Part shown: in pieces, positions 61,788-64,000 of the stretch
How positions within the stretch are numbered: position 1 is the stretch's first letter
How the letters are laid out: each line of letters opens with the position of its first letter
Source of the DNA: Felis catus
Taxonomy: Eukaryota
DNA length: 64,000 bases
NCBI RefSeq assembly: GCF_018350175.1
Contig: NC_058373.1
Location: 114,578,001 to 114,642,000 of the forward strand
Reading direction: 5' to 3'
The notes under the pieces: model-generated
What the model saw: the letters and a program-made list of their open reading frames with translations, nothing else
What the model was told of the DNA's origin: nothing
The model's database searches: none
Translations under genes and position numbers: made by a program

Positions 61788-64000
61788 GAAAATGAGTTAT
61801 TTGATATCAAGTAAAAAACAGCCTACTCTTGCCAGGTAGCTAGTTTTATGGTGGGTATTAGGTCTTACATCTCAAAATGATTTCCTCAGCCTACTGGGAA
61901 GCCTTAAGCAGATTACTTAGCCAATTTGTTAAATCAGTACCATTTATATAATAAATACATTTCAGCTCTTTGGAGTTTGGAACTGGAGTTCCCCCAGTGA
62001 TTTTCAGTCTTTGTGAACAGGAGAGTGGAGAAGAAAAGGATGCCCTTGCTTTTGGCTCACACTCAGGACTGCTCTCCACTAGTTCTCTCAGCATTTGGTA
62101 TGCCCTGCAAAGCATACAGTAGGCATGCGTTAAGTGCTGATGGCTTGTCTTATTAAGGCATATAAGCAAGGCAGTTTCCCCATATTAGCCTGCCTTAGTA
62201 TCTTCTGTTCAACTGGCAGGCAGGCATGCATAGAGTGAGTGAGCTCGGCCTCATCCATATTTTGTTTAAATCAAAGAGGCCATAGATTAAAGTAGGAATT
62301 TCCCCTCAGACTTTTTGTCATCTGAGCATTCAAAGCTAGAACCCACAGGCTGCATCTACCTCATATACTATGCTTGGCTTGCCGAACACTGCTGAATGTT
62401 TTTAAAGTTACAAATTCATTGCCAACATTTAAATAGAGAGGTTACATATAAAAATGAGGTGTTCTAAATATCCCTGAAGCCGGGTTTAAGAGTAGGGCTC
62501 AAAACAGGAGGAGTTGAGAGCCTGTATAAAGAGGCAGTTATACCATTATGCTCCCCTCTGAGCACACATGGCCAGGAAACTGCCCATTCCCCACACAGGC
62601 AGAGACCTCGGGGTGGGATTAAATACAAATCTGTGGGATAGATCTGTGAGAGCCATAGCTCTATTCTCCTACTTGGCTCTTAGAATCATGGCTTAACTAC
62701 CAAGCAAATACCACTAGCTCAAAGATTCCCATTCGGGGAAAGTAGCTGGTTTCAAGAGCAGAAAGTCAATAGAGAATGTCCAATATTGAAAATTCAAAGA
62801 TATCAGGAGTTACAGGAAAAGAAAGGAACTGTTGTGTTTAAAAAAAAAAAAAGAAAAAAGTTTTGTAATATTATTTGACTTAAAAATATGTACCTGTATT
62901 ATTTTGATAAAAAGAAGTACTTATAAAAATAGTGAAAGTTATGAAGAAAGAATAAAAAGAATAGAAAGGAAAAGGAAAGATATATGAACAAGGGAAAAGA
63001 AAAGAATGTGGGTGGGTTGTCAGAAGAGTGGCAGGAAGGCTGCATTCGCTAAATGAGCCAAGGTTCACAAAAAATAATGCACAAAGGTGCTTACACACAA
63101 AGCAAGACAATGATCAAAGGGGCAGACTTATTGTGATAGACTAATGTTGAAGGGCAATACAGAGAAAACAAACCCCTCCGTTACCAGTTAGCGAATCCAA
63201 CAAGAAAGGTAATCATAACGTCCTATTCTTCACTTGTGTACAAAGAAACCCAAGCATCAAGTAAAGGATGGGAATCCAGGGCCAACCACAGCCCATGTGG
63301 AAACCACAGAGTTCCTAGCCAACTCTAAGTATGAGCAGATCACGGGTTCTGGGGCCTCCAAAAACAGCTTGAGTGATCCCGAGTGTATTTCCTGAAACAC
63401 CTGGTAGCACACTAAATATCAAGGAGCCAAGATTTTCTCTGGTCAGACTTCATCTGTTGAGCTTATTCAGTGAACCCTTAAACAGAGGTAGAACAAATCC
63501 AGAGGCGAGAAATCAGTATAGCAAAGAAAACAAACATCATCTCTTTGAAGAACTGCTAAACTAAACATGGGGGGTGCTATCTCTGGAGAAGATCTAGAAG
63601 AGGACATGAGTGCTACCTTCAAATGAGTAAAAAGCTATGAAGAGGAAGAAGGGCCATTCTCATTAAGCCAGCACTCAAGAAACTACCAGGAAACAGAGTA
63701 AGACTTATGGAAGAACTTTCTAGTCACTGGCATTACCCTGGGGGAACAAGCACTTTATCATGATGGATATCCTGGCAGAGGTTTTAAGTTATTCCTCAAT
63801 AAAAGTGTACTTAAATATATGTAAGTTATAAGTCAAGAAAAAATGATTGTGGGGTTGGGTATGTGAACAGAAAATTTTATAGACCACTGATCTGGCCAAA
63901 TATCCATGCAGTGTTCATGGGATGAATGCTGGGATCTCATGTTTTCATCTTTATTTAGTTGAGAAAATTGTATTTCTATTGTGATTTATTCTTTGATTCG

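Larger units (their letters stand above)
52130..64000 (-). other. DCAF5: DCAF5 intron (partial, continues past the window edge)
   Basis: Lies upstream of the acceptor at 52131-52130. I recognised no further WD40-coding exon within the window. Confidence 0.8.

Noticed and set aside
1..64000. CRISPR arrays, operons, prokaryotic or phage systems, intact ERV or L1 ORFs, snoRNA or miRNA genes
   Set aside because: The sequence is mammalian. I saw no regularly spaced repeat-spacer array, no intact gag/pol/env or L1 ORF, and no convincing C/D or H/ACA box arrangement. An Rfam/Infernal scan would be needed to exclude small RNAs fully.

Overview
This is mammalian genomic DNA from a cat-family (felid) genome, judged from about 58 tRNA-derived CAN-SINE copies counted by eye, many of SINEC_Fc type, and a felid-type L1 3' end. 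The only protein-coding gene I can support is the 3' end of DCAF5 (WDR22; CRL4-DDB1 substrate receptor) on the minus strand. It comprises a 128-nt penultimate coding exon (52002-52129), a terminal exon with 1770 nt of CDS (43436-45205), and a ~2.9-kb 3'UTR ending just past an AATAAA at 40584-40589. Upstream exons lie beyond the right edge. Positions 1-40500 are intergenic and repeat-rich: SINEs, old L1, L2, MIR, Charlie1, MER5A, LTR33, MLT2 and an ERV solo LTR. By recalled human synteny this is the DCAF5-ACTN1 interval. Nearly all other ORFs in the track are repeat or GC artefacts. I found no support for a new multi-gene biological system. The best leads are regulatory or evolutionary: a solo LTR with an ordered promoter facing the expected ACTN1 side, candidate alternative polyadenylation in the DCAF5 UTR, a 12-bp in-frame coding duplication, a CpG-rich hairpin island, a palindromic AP-1/ARE site, and repeated SINE insertion at single target sites. 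Repeat family names and boundaries are by eye and from memory, not from a database search.
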